From NCBI GenBank assembly GCA_963708075.1, contig OY970194.1, positions 4,224,001 to 4,288,000 on the forward strand: a stretch of 64,000 bases of DNA, given 5' to 3'. Numbering within the stretch: the stretch's first letter is position 1; every line of letters starts with the position of its first letter. A model generated the notes under the pieces. It made no database searches, had not been told where the DNA came from, and saw only the letters and a list, made by a program, of their open reading frames with translations. The DNA comes from Sedimentisphaerales bacterium (lineage in GTDB: Bacteria; Planctomycetota; Phycisphaerae; Sedimentisphaerales; Anaerobacaceae). This document shows positions 18,598 to 30,528 of this stretch, piece by piece. The translations under genes were made by a program, and so were the position numbers.

Positions 18598-21500
18598 ATG
18601 ATTATGAATCTCCTACGGCAGAAAACCACCGGTACATTCCTGATGATGTGCCTGCTCGGGGCTGCGTACGTTGCAGCGAAAATCGCCAACATCCTGCAAC
18701 TGATCAGTTACCCCAGGGAGGATGCCGCCAAGTTGGCGATCGCAATCATGCTGTGTGTGATCGGATTCTCGCGAGGACGCGACTTCTTTCAATTCACGCA
18801 TACGATGTCTATCTTCGTGGTCGGGTCGCTCTTCGTGATCGCCTACCATATCATTCAACTGGCGAAAGAGATGATCGTGTTTCATGGAGTGCCCCTGGTG
18901 GCCAGGGACTCCGCAGCCGCCAGCGTTGTCGGCGAGACGCTGCTGATCGGAATCCTTTGCCTGTTTCTGGGTGGGATTCTCTTCTCGGTTTCCAGGATCA
19001 ACATCGCAAAAAGGCAGTTGGAGAAAGACATCGCGGAACGCAAGCGGGCCGAGCAAGCCCTGCGGGAGAGCGAGTCCAAGCTCAAGAGCATCTTCCGGGC
19101 GGCGCCCGTGGGCATCGGGCTCTTATCGAACCGGGTCCTGTTGGATGTGAACGACCGCATTTGCGAGATGGTCGGCTACTCCCGGGAGGAGTTGGTCGGG
19201 CGCAGTGCCCGGATGCTCTACGCGACACAAGAGGATTACGACTACGTCGGCCGGGAGAAATACGGACAGATCCGCGAGCGAGGCACAGGCACAGTGGAAA
19301 CCCGCTGGCAACGAAAAGACGGCGAAGGGATCGACGTCCTTCTAAATTCCACGCCGCTGGATCCCAAGGACTTGTCGAAGGGCATCACTTTCACCGCTCT
19401 GGACATTACCGAGCACAAGCACATGGAAGGGGCGTTGAGAGAGAACAAGGCGAAATTGGAGACGATTCTAAACTCTTCTCCGTGCGCCATCGTCGTCTCC
19501 GATCTGGAAGGGCGCGTGGTGGACGCCAATCCCGCGTGCATGGACATGTTCGGAGTCCTTTCCAGGGAGGAGGGAATCGGTCGAAGTACTCTCGACTTCG
19601 TCAGTCCCAGGGATCGGGACAAGGCACGTGACTACGTGGCCAAAACAGCACGGGGCGGTCTGGTGAGAGACGTCGAGTACGCGTTCCTCAGAGGCGACGG
19701 CAGTGAATTCATCGGCGAGGTTTCATCGAACGTTATCCGGGATGCCGCCGGCGCCCCTGCGGCTTCGTGACAGTCACCGCCAATACCACGGAAAGAAAGC
19801 GGTCTGAGAATCTGATGAAGATACAGCACGATCTGGCGGTCAGCCTCGGCGAGGCCGGTAGCCTGGAAGAGGGTTTGCGTCTGTGCCTTCAAGCAGCACT
19901 CAATGCATCGGGGCTGGATTGTGGCGGCATCTATCTTCACGACAGGGCATCCGCAGGTTTGTACATGTCGTGCCATACCGGCTTATCGGAGGAGTTCGTC
20001 GCACGAGTCTCGCGCTATGACCGGGAGGCGATTAACACGCAGATGGCCATGAGCGGAAGACCCATGTACGCGACTGTCGAGGAGCTGGACGCCTCCCTCG
20101 TGTGCGAAGCCTTGCAAGCCCTGGCCGTCATCCCCATCATTCACCGAGGCCAGGTCATCGGATGCCTGAACGTCGCCTCCCACACGTTGGCAGAGGTGCC
20201 CCAGTACGCTCGCAGCGTCCTGGAGACCATCGCCAGCCAGATCAGCGGCACGATCGCAAGGCTCGAAGCGGAGGAGGAAGTCCGACGCGAACGTGAGCTG
20301 CTGGACCGGATCGCGGGCACGAGCCAAGTGGGAATCACCGTCGTAGACCGCGATGGACGGATGAAGTTCGCAAATCCGCGGGCCGTTGAGATCCTCGGCC
20401 TCGCCAGAGACCAGATCCTGCAGCGAGCCTACGACGCCCCTGCCTGGCATATCACCGACTATGATGGCAAGCCTTTTCCTGAGGAACAGTTGCCTTTCCG
20501 ACAAGTGATGGCGACGCGCCGGCCGGTTCATAACATCCGCCACGCCATCGCACGCCCCGGCGGGCGCCGGGCCCTGCTTTCGGTCAACGCTGCTCCCATC
20601 CTCGATGATACGAACCGCATAGAAGGTGTGGTCCTCACCATCGACGATGTCACGGAGCAGGTCCGTATAGAGCAAGCCCTGCGGGAGAGCGAACGGCAGA
20701 TGCGTCTGGTGGTGGAGGCGTCGCCGTTGCCCATCCATGTAACCCGGCCGGCAACGGGAGAGATCCTCCTGGCCAACCGTGCGACCTGTGAACTGTTCGG
20801 CTATGACCGTCAGGAGATCCTGGGCAAGAGCACACCGGATTTCTATGCGAACGCCGCTCACGACAGACCGGTGGTCCTGGCCGAGTTGCAGGAACGCGGC
20901 CGCGTCGTCCAGCGTGAACTCTCCATGCGAAAGTCGGACGGCACGGCATTTCCCGCTCTCATGTCGCTTGAACCGGTGGAGTACGAGCGTCAACCGGCCA
21001 CGCTGGTCGTGATCTACGACCTGACCGAGCGTAAGCGCGCCGAGGAGGCCTTGCGCGAGAGCGAGGAACGGTATCGCCTGCTGCTGCAGAACGCCAACGA
21101 CGCTGTCTACGTCCACGAGGTGTCGCCGGAGGCGCCGGGCGGTTCCTGGAAGTCAACGAGCGCGCCTGCCAACTGCTGGGCTACACCCGCGAGGAACTCC
21201 TCCGCATGAACATCCCCGAGATTGATGTTCCCGAACAGCGGGCCTGCATTCCCGCCATCCTCCGGCAACTGTATGACATCGGCTCGGCACTATTCGAGAC
21301 GGAGCATCTAACGAAGGACGGCCGGCGGGTGCCCGTGGAGATCAGCACCCGCTTGTTCCACCTGCGAGGACAGCCTACGGTTCTCTCGTTCGTGCGCGAC
21401 ATCACTGAACGCCGACGTGTCGAGAAGGCGTTGTGGGAGAGCAAGCAGCGGATGGACCTGGCATTGCGGGGCGCCGATCTCGGCACATGGGACTGGAACG

Positions 21501-23290
21501 TGCAAACGGGCCACGTAGTCTTCAATGAGCGGTGGGCCCGGATGCTGGGATACACGCCGGACGAAATCCGGCCCCACGTGAGCGTGTGGAAGGAACTGAT
21601 CCATCCCGATGATCTGGCGAAAGTCATGGAGGTTCTGAACGCACACCTGCGTGGCGAGACGGATTCCTACACGACGGAACATCGTCTCAAGCATAAGTCG
21701 GGCGACTGGGTCTGGGTACTGGACAAGGGACGCGTCATCGAGCGTGAAGCCGATGGCAAGCCGCTTCGCGCGTGCGGCACGCATCTGGATATCACCGAGC
21801 GAAAGCACGCCGAGGAGGCCCTGCGGGAGTCTGAAGAACTGTTCTCGGCCGTCGTGGGACAGGCGAAGGACGGCATCGTTCTCATCCAGGACCAGCACTG
21901 CATCTTCGCAAACCAGGCGCTCGCCGACATGTTGGGATACAGGCGTGACGAGCTGCAGGGCAAGCCTTTCATCGACAAGATTGCTCCGGAAAGCAGGGAC
22001 CTCGTCGCAAGGCAAGTCGTGGCTCGCCTGAGGGGGCAGGATGCACCCTCGGTGTACGAAGCGAGGCTGCTGGGGCGAGACGGGCAGATCATCGATGCGG
22101 AGCTTGGGGCAACGGTCATCCGGCATCGGGGCATAGCCACCGATGTGGGAATCGTTCGTGACATTACCGATCGCAAGAAGGCCGAGCAGGCGCTCGCGCG
22201 ATCCGAAGAGAAGTTCTCCAGAGTCTTTCGGGCAAGTCCCGCGCAGATCGCTATTTCCCGACTGAGCGACGGTCGCATGATCGACGTCAACGAGTCGCTC
22301 GCACAAGCCTCCGGATACCACCGGGAGGAGATCCTCGGCCGCACGTCGTTCGAATTGGGATTCTGGGCGGATCCCGAAGATCGGGGGCATCTCACGCGGC
22401 GCATCGCCGCGGAAGGCGCGGTGCGCGATTACGAGTGCCGGTTTCGCACCAGGGATGGCCGGATTCTCAGCACCCGCTACTCCGCCGAGGTGGTCGAGAT
22501 CGGGGGCGAAGTCTGCCTTCTTTCTGCTTTCGTGGATGTCACCGCGCGTAAGCAGGTGGAGGAGAGGTTGCGGGCTCATGAGAGGCAGTTAAGCGTGCTG
22601 GCGTCCGAGCTGGCGCTCGCGGAGGAGCGAGAACGACGACGGATCGCGGGGGAATTGCACGATCATGCCTGCCAGAGTCTCGTCTTGGCGCGCATGAGAC
22701 TCGATGCGCTGCTTGCCACCATGCCTGCCGCACAAGCCGAGGCCTTTCAGGGGATCAACAGCAGCCTGAACAAAACGATCGAAAGCGTGCGGGAGCTGAC
22801 ATTCGACCTGAGCTCACCCACCTTGTACAAGTTCGGCCTTGAGGCGGCCCTGGAGGAGTTGCTGGATGATAAGTTCCGCCTCCAGAAAGACGTGGAACAT
22901 GTCTTCTCGAATGACCATCTGCCAAAACCTCTGACGGACGACGTGAAAGTGCTGCTGTTCCAGTCTGTCCGGGAAATCCTGATCAACATCATCAAGCATG
23001 CTCGGGCCCATAGAATAAGCCTTGACATAAGACGCACGGATGGTTCTATTACGATTGCCGTGACCGACGACGGCGTGGGTTTCGATCTCGAGGAGGTGTT
23101 CTCATTGCCTGCCCGGCATCGCGGTTTTGGCCTGTTCAACATAAAAGAACGCCTGGATTATATTGGTGGCATCCTTAAGACAAGCTCGCAGCGTGGAGAA
23201 GGAAGTCGATTCGTGTTGGTAGCTCCTTTGAAAATGGAAGGTCTCGATTCCAGGAGGAACCACGATGTCGGCCAGAGTTCTGCTCGTTGA
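18598..23290 (+). CDS. Membrane multi-PAS (8) / GAF sensor histidine kinase, HisKA_3 type (frameshifts near 19763 and 21139)
   Basis: Three consecutive ORFs (18514-19770, 19767-21209, 21206-23290) break inside PAS domains. Repeated DITERKxAE linkers; EERERRRIAGELHD; NIIKHA; DDGVGF; GFGL. Start is uncertain. Confidence 0.85.
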
Positions 23291-23912
23291 TGATCATCAG
23301 GTGTTGCGCGAAGGATTGCGTGCGCTCTTGGAGAAACAGGAGGATATGGAGGTGGTGGGTGAGGCCGGCGACGGTCACACAGCCCTGCAACTCGTTCGGG
23401 ATCTTCAGCCGGATGTCGTTATCATGGACGTGAACATGCCGGACTTGGACGGGATTGATGCTACACGTCTGATCGCCCACGAGTGCCCGAAGACGAAAGT
23501 ACTTGCCCTGTCCATGTATCTGCGAAAGACATTTGTCTCGGAAATGTTCAAGAGTGGAGCCTCCGGCTACATCCTCAAAGAAGACACCTTTTCTGAAATT
23601 GCGAAGGCGATCCGGATGGTGATAGCCGGAGAACGATACGTTTGTTCCAAGGTCGCCAATCTGCTTGTGGATGAGTATCTCGATCGCGGAAGCCCGGCCT
23701 CGGCAGGCAGCTCGTTGACCGAACGCGAGACAGCGGTCATCCGCCTGTTGGCGAACGGCAAGACATCGAAAGAAATCGCTGCCGCCATGAACGCCAGTGC
23801 CAAGACCATTGATGCCTGTCGCCGGCAGATCATGCGGAAGTTGGAGTTCAGAAGCGTTGCCGAGCTGGTGAAGTATGCGATCCGGGAAGGATTGACGAGG
23901 CTTGATTCCTGA
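23265..23912 (+). CDS. NarL/FixJ (LuxR) family response regulator
   Basis: LLVDDHQVLREGL, PDVVIMDVNMP, GASGYILK and LTERETAVIRLLANGKTSKEIA. Confidence 0.95.
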   Translation: MSARVLLVDDHQVLREGLRALLEKQEDMEVVGEAGDGHTALQLVRDLQPDVVIMDVNMPDLDGIDATRLIAHECPKTKVLALSMYLRKTFVSEMFKSGASGYILKEDTFSEIAKAIRMVIAGERYVCSKVANLLVDEYLDRGSPASAGSSLTERETAVIRLLANGKTSKEIAAAMNASAKTIDACRRQIMRKLEFRSVAELVKYAIREGLTRLDS

Positions 23913-24074
23913 GCCGTCTTCGGCACACCAGAACTGCCGGGCTGACATCGGAGGTTCTTTCCTTCCATTCCCCTGGGATTCCGCGCGAGCATTTGGCTAT
24001 TCCAAGTAGCCAAATACCCCGTGTCTGTCAGGTTTTTCCCGTTCATTGTCTTTTACACCCATCGATAATGAACA

Positions 24075-24827
24075 TTGTCAAAGGTTCTTGGCAGAATTAT
24101 GGCGCCCCTTCATATCATGGGACAAATGGATAGGCAGACTGCAGTGGTTACCGACGAGAGGAGCCGCATCCTTTTCGTCAGTGATGCATACCTGGTGAGA
24201 GACGCCCTGCTGGCGATGTTCAGTGGGTGCGCCGACATGGACATCATTGGCGCAAGCGATGACCCGGCCAATGTGCCGGATTCACCCGGCAGATCGCAGC
24301 CCGATGTGATCGTGATCAACATCACGGGTACCCGTACTGCCAACGTGGCAGCCGTCAGACAGTCCCTCGACCGATGGCCCCAGGTAAGAGTCATCATCTT
24401 GTCGGCCTTTTCGAATAAGACATTTCTGGCGGAAGTCCTTCGCGCCGGCGCCCACGGATACGTCACCATGCAATGTGCTTTTCAGGAGTTGCTCGAAGCC
24501 GTTCGGACAGTCGCCTCGGGCTCCACGTATCTTTGTTCTGCGATCAGGCAAACGATTCTCGATGGGTATGCCGGAGTAAAGACTGACAATATCGGCCCTG
24601 ATGCCGGGTCGATGACAGATCGCGAAGGCACGATCCTTCAGCTCTTCGGGGAGGGCCGGTCCTCCAAAGAGATCGCGGCAAGGCTGAATCTCAGCTCGAA
24701 GACGATAGATGCCTGCCGTCGGCAGCTCATGCAGAAGCTCGACGTGGATAGCACGGCCGGTCTGGTCAAGTGCGCCATTGCATTGGGCCTGACGACGGTC
24801 GATCCGTGGTCCGTACCCTCCAGGTGA
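24075..24827 (+). CDS. LuxR family regulator with atypical (pseudo-)receiver domain
   Basis: LuxR HTH MTDREGTILQLFGEGRSSKEIA; the receiver has VSD, PDVIVINIT and GYVTM in place of the conserved D/D/K. The real start may be 24099-24126. Confidence 0.85.
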   Translation: MSKVLGRIMAPLHIMGQMDRQTAVVTDERSRILFVSDAYLVRDALLAMFSGCADMDIIGASDDPANVPDSPGRSQPDVIVINITGTRTANVAAVRQSLDRWPQVRVIILSAFSNKTFLAEVLRAGAHGYVTMQCAFQELLEAVRTVASGSTYLCSAIRQTILDGYAGVKTDNIGPDAGSMTDREGTILQLFGEGRSSKEIAARLNLSSKTIDACRRQLMQKLDVDSTAGLVKCAIALGLTTVDPWSVPSR

Positions 24828-25098
24828 CAGCCGTTCCTCCGCACCATCATCCTTCCTTGTTCTTATCTCCTTCATGCCGTGCAGATATTCCTTGTCCCTG
24901 CCATGCTCGTCGGGCCTTTGCACGATGGCGTGGCGTCTTTGGATCGTTCGAAATAGCCAAAGGCTCGTAATGTCCGTCTCCCTCGAAGTCGATGGGTTCG
25001 CCGTGCCTGTGCCCGAGGCACAAGGGCGGCTGCCCTCGTATTCCTGGGCCCTGGTTGGCAACAGATCGTAAAGTGGGTCATTTTTGGGAGAATCTATC

Positions 25099-25665
25099 AT
25101 GGCTGAAGTCGCAGTACAAATGAAGGGCTCCCGTATTGGAGACGCCCTCACCAAAGAAGGCAAGTACCTGACCTTCGCGTTGGCCCACGAGGAGTACGGC
25201 CTGGAGATCCTGAAGGTCCGGGAAATCATCGGCTACATCGATGTCACGGCCGTCCCGCAGACACCCGGCTACGTCAAGGGCGTGATCAACCTCAGAGGAC
25301 AGGTCATCCCGGTAATCGACCTGCGTGCCAAGTTCGGCATAGAGACCGCCCAAGTCACCGATGAAACCTGCATCATCGTCGTGGAAATCACCGAGGCTAA
25401 CCGCAAGTTCAACACCGGCATCATCGTGGATTGTGTCCAGGAAGTGCTGGACATTGCCGGGGAAGAGATTGAGGAAGCACCGCAGTTCGGCCCATCCGTC
25501 AACACCGATTTCATTCTCGGCATGGGCAAGGTTGGTCAATCCGTCAAGATTCTGCTGGACATCAACAAAGTGCTCTCCTGTGACGCACTACAGAGTCTCG
25601 CGCACGAGTGTGAGACGGTGGCCGGCTCAGATTCCAAGGAAAAGGACTTGCACGAAAGGGATTAA
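25099..25665 (+). CDS. cheW: Chemotaxis coupling protein CheW
   Basis: KYLTFALAHEEYGLEILKVREII...VKGVINLRGQVIPVIDLR. Confidence 0.95.
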   Translation: MAEVAVQMKGSRIGDALTKEGKYLTFALAHEEYGLEILKVREIIGYIDVTAVPQTPGYVKGVINLRGQVIPVIDLRAKFGIETAQVTDETCIIVVEITEANRKFNTGIIVDCVQEVLDIAGEEIEEAPQFGPSVNTDFILGMGKVGQSVKILLDINKVLSCDALQSLAHECETVAGSDSKEKDLHERD

Positions 25666-25667
25666 CT

Positions 25668-27177
25668 ATGAAACGAGTCAGCATCCTGCTATCTGTCGTG
25701 ACTCTGCTGGTACTGGGCGGCGCAACTCCCGCTGCCGAGGATTCTCAGTACCTGCAGCAAGAGAACACGCAACTGCGGCGCCGCCTCGAGCGACTGGAGA
25801 ATGCCATTGAGGCCCTCCAGAAGGCGACCGTCGCGCAAAGCCAGTCGGCCGGTTCATCCAAGGCGGCTCCTGCGCCTTCTTCCAGCCAGGCTGTGCCAAA
25901 CAAGGATGTGGAGAGCCTCAGGCAGGAGAACGTGCAGTTGAGACAACGGCTGGAGAAACTGGAGAGCGCCCTGGCCGCATCCAGCAAAAAGGCCACTCCG
26001 CCACCGGCTGCTCCGGTGGACGCCAAGAACCAGCCTGCTCCCGCCAAGCCGCAGCCTGTTCCCGGTCCCGCCGGCCCGCCGGAGAAGAAGAACGTCCTGT
26101 CCAGCCTGGATATCGAAATCTACGGGATCATCAAGGCGGATGCCTCCTATGATTCGTCCCGCACGAATCCGGGCAACTACGTCGTGTACGTCGATTCAGA
26201 AGAGACGCGTCACAACGACGATGAGTTCAACTTGACGGCGAATCAGACACGCCTTGGGATGCGCATCAGCGGCCCGGCAACGGAGACGTTCAAGACCTCC
26301 GGGCTCATCGAGTTCGACTTCTACGGCAACTACGCGTCCGAGAATAAAGCCAAGATCCAGATGCGCCATGCCTATATGGTCCTGGATTGGCCGGTCTCTC
26401 AATTCAGCATTCTGGCGGGCCAGACGTCTGACATTATCTCCCCGCTGGTGCCGAACACACTGAACTACACCGTGCTGTGGGACGCCGGCAATGTTGGCTA
26501 TCGCCGGCCCCAGATTCGTTTCACAAAGGGCATCCCGCTCGGCGAGAAGGCGAGCCTGAAGCTTGAGGGCGGTTTCGCCCGGACCATCGGGCGGACCGAT
26601 CTGACCGGCTCCGAGACCGGCGAGGACGCAGGGTTCCCCACCGGCCAGGCCAGAGTGAGCATGACCTTCCCATTCTTCGGCCCCAAGCCGACGACCATAG
26701 GGGTTTCCGGCCACTGGGGACGAGAGGAATATGACCTCGACAACACCGGAAGGAACCTGGATTTCGAGAACCCAGTCCATCAACCTGGACGTGACACAAC
26801 CTGTGTTCCCCTGGCTCACGGTTCTGGGCGAGCTGTTCTCCGGGCAGGATCTCGACCAGTACTTCGGCGGCATCGGCCAAGGCGTCAATACGACCGCTCT
26901 TAAAGAGATCAGCGCTGACGGCGGCTGGGTCGCCCTCAGCCTCGGACCATGGTCCAAGTGGAGCTTCAACGTGGGCGCCGGCCTCGATGAGGTGGAACGC
27001 GACGACGTCGCCAACGGAGCCCGGACGAGAAACTCCTCCATCTTCGCCAACGTGCTCTATGCACTCAACAAGAACGCCCAGATCGGCCTTGAGCTGTCTC
27101 GCTGGGACACGTACTACCGGGGTCCGGGCGACGCCGACGACACACGTGCTCAGGCCTCATTCATCTACAAATTCTAG
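25668..27177 (+). CDS. DcaP-like outer-membrane porin with N-terminal coiled coils (frameshift near 26769)
   Basis: Signal peptide; duplicated LxQENxQLRxRLExLE; IYGIIKADASYD, ANQTRLG, IEFDFYG and MRHAY; C-terminal aromatic residue (FIYKF). Confidence 0.75.
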
Positions 27178-27239
27178 GGATCCAACGTTGAGGGACCGCC
27201 GTTTCTTTCGTCAACGATCTTGAGTGAAGGGATCAAACC

Positions 27240-29451
27240 ATGCTGAGAAATGTCAAACTTCAAACCAAGCTGCTGGCCTATGGGATTCTCCTGACCATCC
27301 TCCCGTTGGCTGTCATCTCCTTCGTCGTGCTCAGGCAGAACGGCAAAATGGTGAAAGTTGCCGATGAGGAGAGCACAAACCTCGCGTATGCAGACCTCGA
27401 CCATATCGCACAGAATATCTATGGCATGTGCAAGTCCCAGGAGGACCTGCTCCAGCAAAGTATCGATCACTCCCTGAACGTGGCACGCCACGTTCTTCAG
27501 CGAACCGGCGAAGTCCGCCTGGCGGAAGAGACCGTCACGTGGGACGCCGCGGATCAGTCCACGAATGTCTCGTCCAAGGTGGAACTACCCAAGATGATGG
27601 TCGGGGACGCCTGGTTGGACAAGATCGCCGACATGAGCAAAGCGGCCCCGGTCGTGGATAAGGTCCAGGACCTCATCGCCGCGACATGCACGATCTTCCA
27701 AAGGATGAATGAATCGGGCGACATGCTGAGAGTGTGCACGAACGTCCAGAAGAAGGATGGCACGCGGGCGATCGGGACGTACATCCCGCGCACCAATCCC
27801 GACGGCACGCCAAACCCGGTGGTCGCTGCCGTTCTGCGCGGCGAGACGTACCAGGGTCGTGCCTCAGTCGTGGGCCGTTGGTACATCGCGGCCTATGAGC
27901 CGATTCTCGACCAGAACAATAAGGTCATCGGCATGTTGTACGTCGGCGTGCCGCAGGAGAGTGTCACCACCCTGCGGGACTCGATCATGGCCGCCAAGGT
28001 CGGCAAGACCGGATACGTCTACGTCCTCGACTCCAAGGGCAACTACGTCATCTCCGCGGGCGGCAAACGCGACGGCGAATGCATCTGGGAGGCCAAGGAT
28101 GCCGGCGGCGCCCTGTTCATCCAGGAGATCGTCAAGAAGGGCTTGGCCCTCAAGCCGGCGGAGATCGCGGAGCAGCGATATCCGTGGAAGAACGAGGGGG
28201 ATGCCGTGGCCCGGGACAAAGTCGTGCGCATCGCATACTTCCAACCGTGGGACTGGGTCATCGGCGTCGGATCCTACGTGGATGAGTTCTACCAGGCCAA
28301 AGACCGCGTGACCACCATCGGCAGAAGCAGCAATATCACGCTGGGCATCGTTCTGCTCGTCGCCTTCGTCGTGGCATCAGCCACCTGGTATCTCGTCGCC
28401 CGGGGTATCGCAGGCAAGGTTCATCGGGTTGTCGCCCTGCTCTCCGAGGGCGCCGAACAGGTTTCGTCTGCGGCCGGACAGGTTCTCGTCGGCCTCGCAA
28501 TCGCTGGCTGAAGGCGCCACGGAGCAAGCAGCCGGCCTCGAAGAAACGTCCAGCAGCCTGGAAGAAATGGCGTCTATGACAAAGCAGAACGCCGATAACG
28601 CCCAACAGGCGAATGGGCTTTCCTCCGAGGCACGCAAGTCCGCAGGCATGGGCACGGAAGCGGTGTCGCGCATGAACACCGCCATCCAGCAAATCCAGAA
28701 GAGCTCGGACGAGACCGCCAAGATCATCAAAGTGATCGATGAGATTGCATTCCAGACGAACCTGCTGGCGCTCAACGCGGCAGTGGAAGCCGCACGTGCG
28801 GGCGAGGCAGGCAAGGGCTTTGCGGTCGTGGCCGAAGAGGTCCGCAACCTGGCCATGCGTTCGGCGGAGGCGGCCAAGAACACCGCCAACATGATCCAGG
28901 AATCGGTGAAGAACGCCAAGAATGGCGTGGACATCGCCAGCGAGGTCACCAAAGTGCTGGACGAGATCGTCCTGAACGTCGGCAAGACGACCGATCTGGT
29001 CAGTGAGATTGCCGCCGCTTCCCAGGAACAGGCGCAAGGCATTGACCAGGTCAATACGGCGGTCACCCAGATGGACAAGGTCACTCAACAGAACGCCGCC
29101 AATGCCGAGGAAAGCGCCAGCGCCTCGGAGGAGTTGACCGCACAGGCGGAGTCGATGAACGAGATCGTCGGCCAGCTTGTCACCCTGGTCGGCGGCAGTT
29201 CCTCGAAGTCAGGCCGCGCCCAGACGGAAACGACACGTCAGAGTCCCAAGGTCGCCGACCATCCGCGAGCAGCACATCCGGTGGAGAAGACCTCGGGCAA
29301 AGAGCACGGGCTCGGCAAGTCCGACGAAACGTGGCATCAGATCAGCCGCCCTGACGGCAAGGGCAAGCAGAAAGCAGCCGGCAAACCTTCGGCACGCAAG
29401 GCGATCCCCCTGGATCCTCATGAAGATGACATGAAGGAGTTCAATGGATAA
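27240..29451 (+). CDS. Methyl-accepting chemotaxis protein with Cache 3/Cache 2 sensor (frameshift near 28484)
   Basis: Two TM helices; [10 protein letters not shown]...RAIGTYIP...[48 protein letters not shown]. Confidence 0.9.
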
Positions 29452-29548
29452 GTGCATCCCACCGATGGGATAGCGAATTCGATCTGGCTCGGGCGGACCG
29501 GAGGCCCGTCCGAGCCGTTCTCTTGCAGATAGGAGTGAGCGACCGATC

Positions 29549-29923
29549 ATGGGAAAGTCACTGATGATAGTGGATGATTCGGCCACAATGCGAAAGATCA
29601 TCATGCGGACGGTGCGCATGTCGGGCCTGGAATTCGAGCGAACGGACGAGGCCGGCAGCGGCGTCGAGGCCCTGGACAAGCTCAAGAGCGGTTCGGTGGA
29701 TGTCATACTATGTGACATCAACATGCCTGAGATGAACGGCACGGAGTTGGTCAAGAAGGCCCGGGAGCTGGCCGCCTGTGCCCGCACGAAGATCGTCATG
29801 GTCTCGACGGAAAGCGCCCAGGACCTGATCGACCGGCTGATGACCGACGGCGCCGACGGGTATATCACCAAGCCGTTTACACCGGAGCAGTTCAAGGAGA
29901 AGCTGACCCCCTTGTTGAACTGA
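29549..29923 (+). CDS. cheY: CheY-like response regulator
   Basis: IVDDSATMRKII, ILCDINMPEMNG and YITKPF; located within the che operon. Confidence 0.85.
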   Translation: MGKSLMIVDDSATMRKIIMRTVRMSGLEFERTDEAGSGVEALDKLKSGSVDVILCDINMPEMNGTELVKKARELAACARTKIVMVSTESAQDLIDRLMTDGADGYITKPFTPEQFKEKLTPLLN

Positions 29924-29940
29924 ACACCGGAAATGTCTCT

Positions 29941-29968
29941 ACGGGAGGGTCTGAGAACCCGCCCCAAC
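29941..29968. repeat. REP-like palindrome
   Basis: GGGAGGGTCT-G-AGA(A)CCCGCCC between cheY and cheX. Confidence 0.55.
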
Positions 29969-29992
29969 GGTATGCTTGATAGGGAGTAGAAA

Positions 29993-30505
29993 ATGGTAAC
30001 AACCGCATCCCTCAAGGACGTCGTGCTGGACAGTGCCAGGGAAGTATTTGAAACCATGGTCTTCATGGCGTTGGCCGAATCCAGTGGGAACGCTCCGCCC
30101 ATCGAGGAGATGGCGCTGCTGGGATCGATCACCTTCAAGGGGAGCCTCGAGGGCTGTCTCACGATCTGCTGTGATCTGACTTGTGCCCGGACCATCGCGG
30201 CCAACATGCTCGGCATGGACGCCGGCGAGGAACTTGGCGAGCCGGATATCTGCGACGCGATCGGCGAACTGGCCAACATGGTGATGGGCACGGTCAAATC
30301 GAAGATCCAAAATGATGTTGGGACCATCGAAGTCTCCATCCCGTCTGTGGTCCGCGGCCGCGAACTGAAGAATCGCATGGGCGAGGGAGCCGGTTCGGTC
30401 AAGGTCGTGGCGGATATCGAGGGGCAGTACTCGGCCGAGTTCTCGCTTCTGTATCGCAACCGCTCACCCGAACGACAGAACCAGGACAGGCGAGCAGACC
30501 AATAG
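29993..30505 (+). CDS. cheX: CheX family phosphatase
   Basis: EVFETM...ITFKGSLEG...DAIGELANMVMG...SIPSVVRG. Confidence 0.88.
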   Translation: MVTTASLKDVVLDSAREVFETMVFMALAESSGNAPPIEEMALLGSITFKGSLEGCLTICCDLTCARTIAANMLGMDAGEELGEPDICDAIGELANMVMGTVKSKIQNDVGTIEVSIPSVVRGRELKNRMGEGAGSVKVVADIEGQYSAEFSLLYRNRSPERQNQDRRADQ

Positions 30506-30528
30506 AATTAGGATGCGCCGGATAGAGC

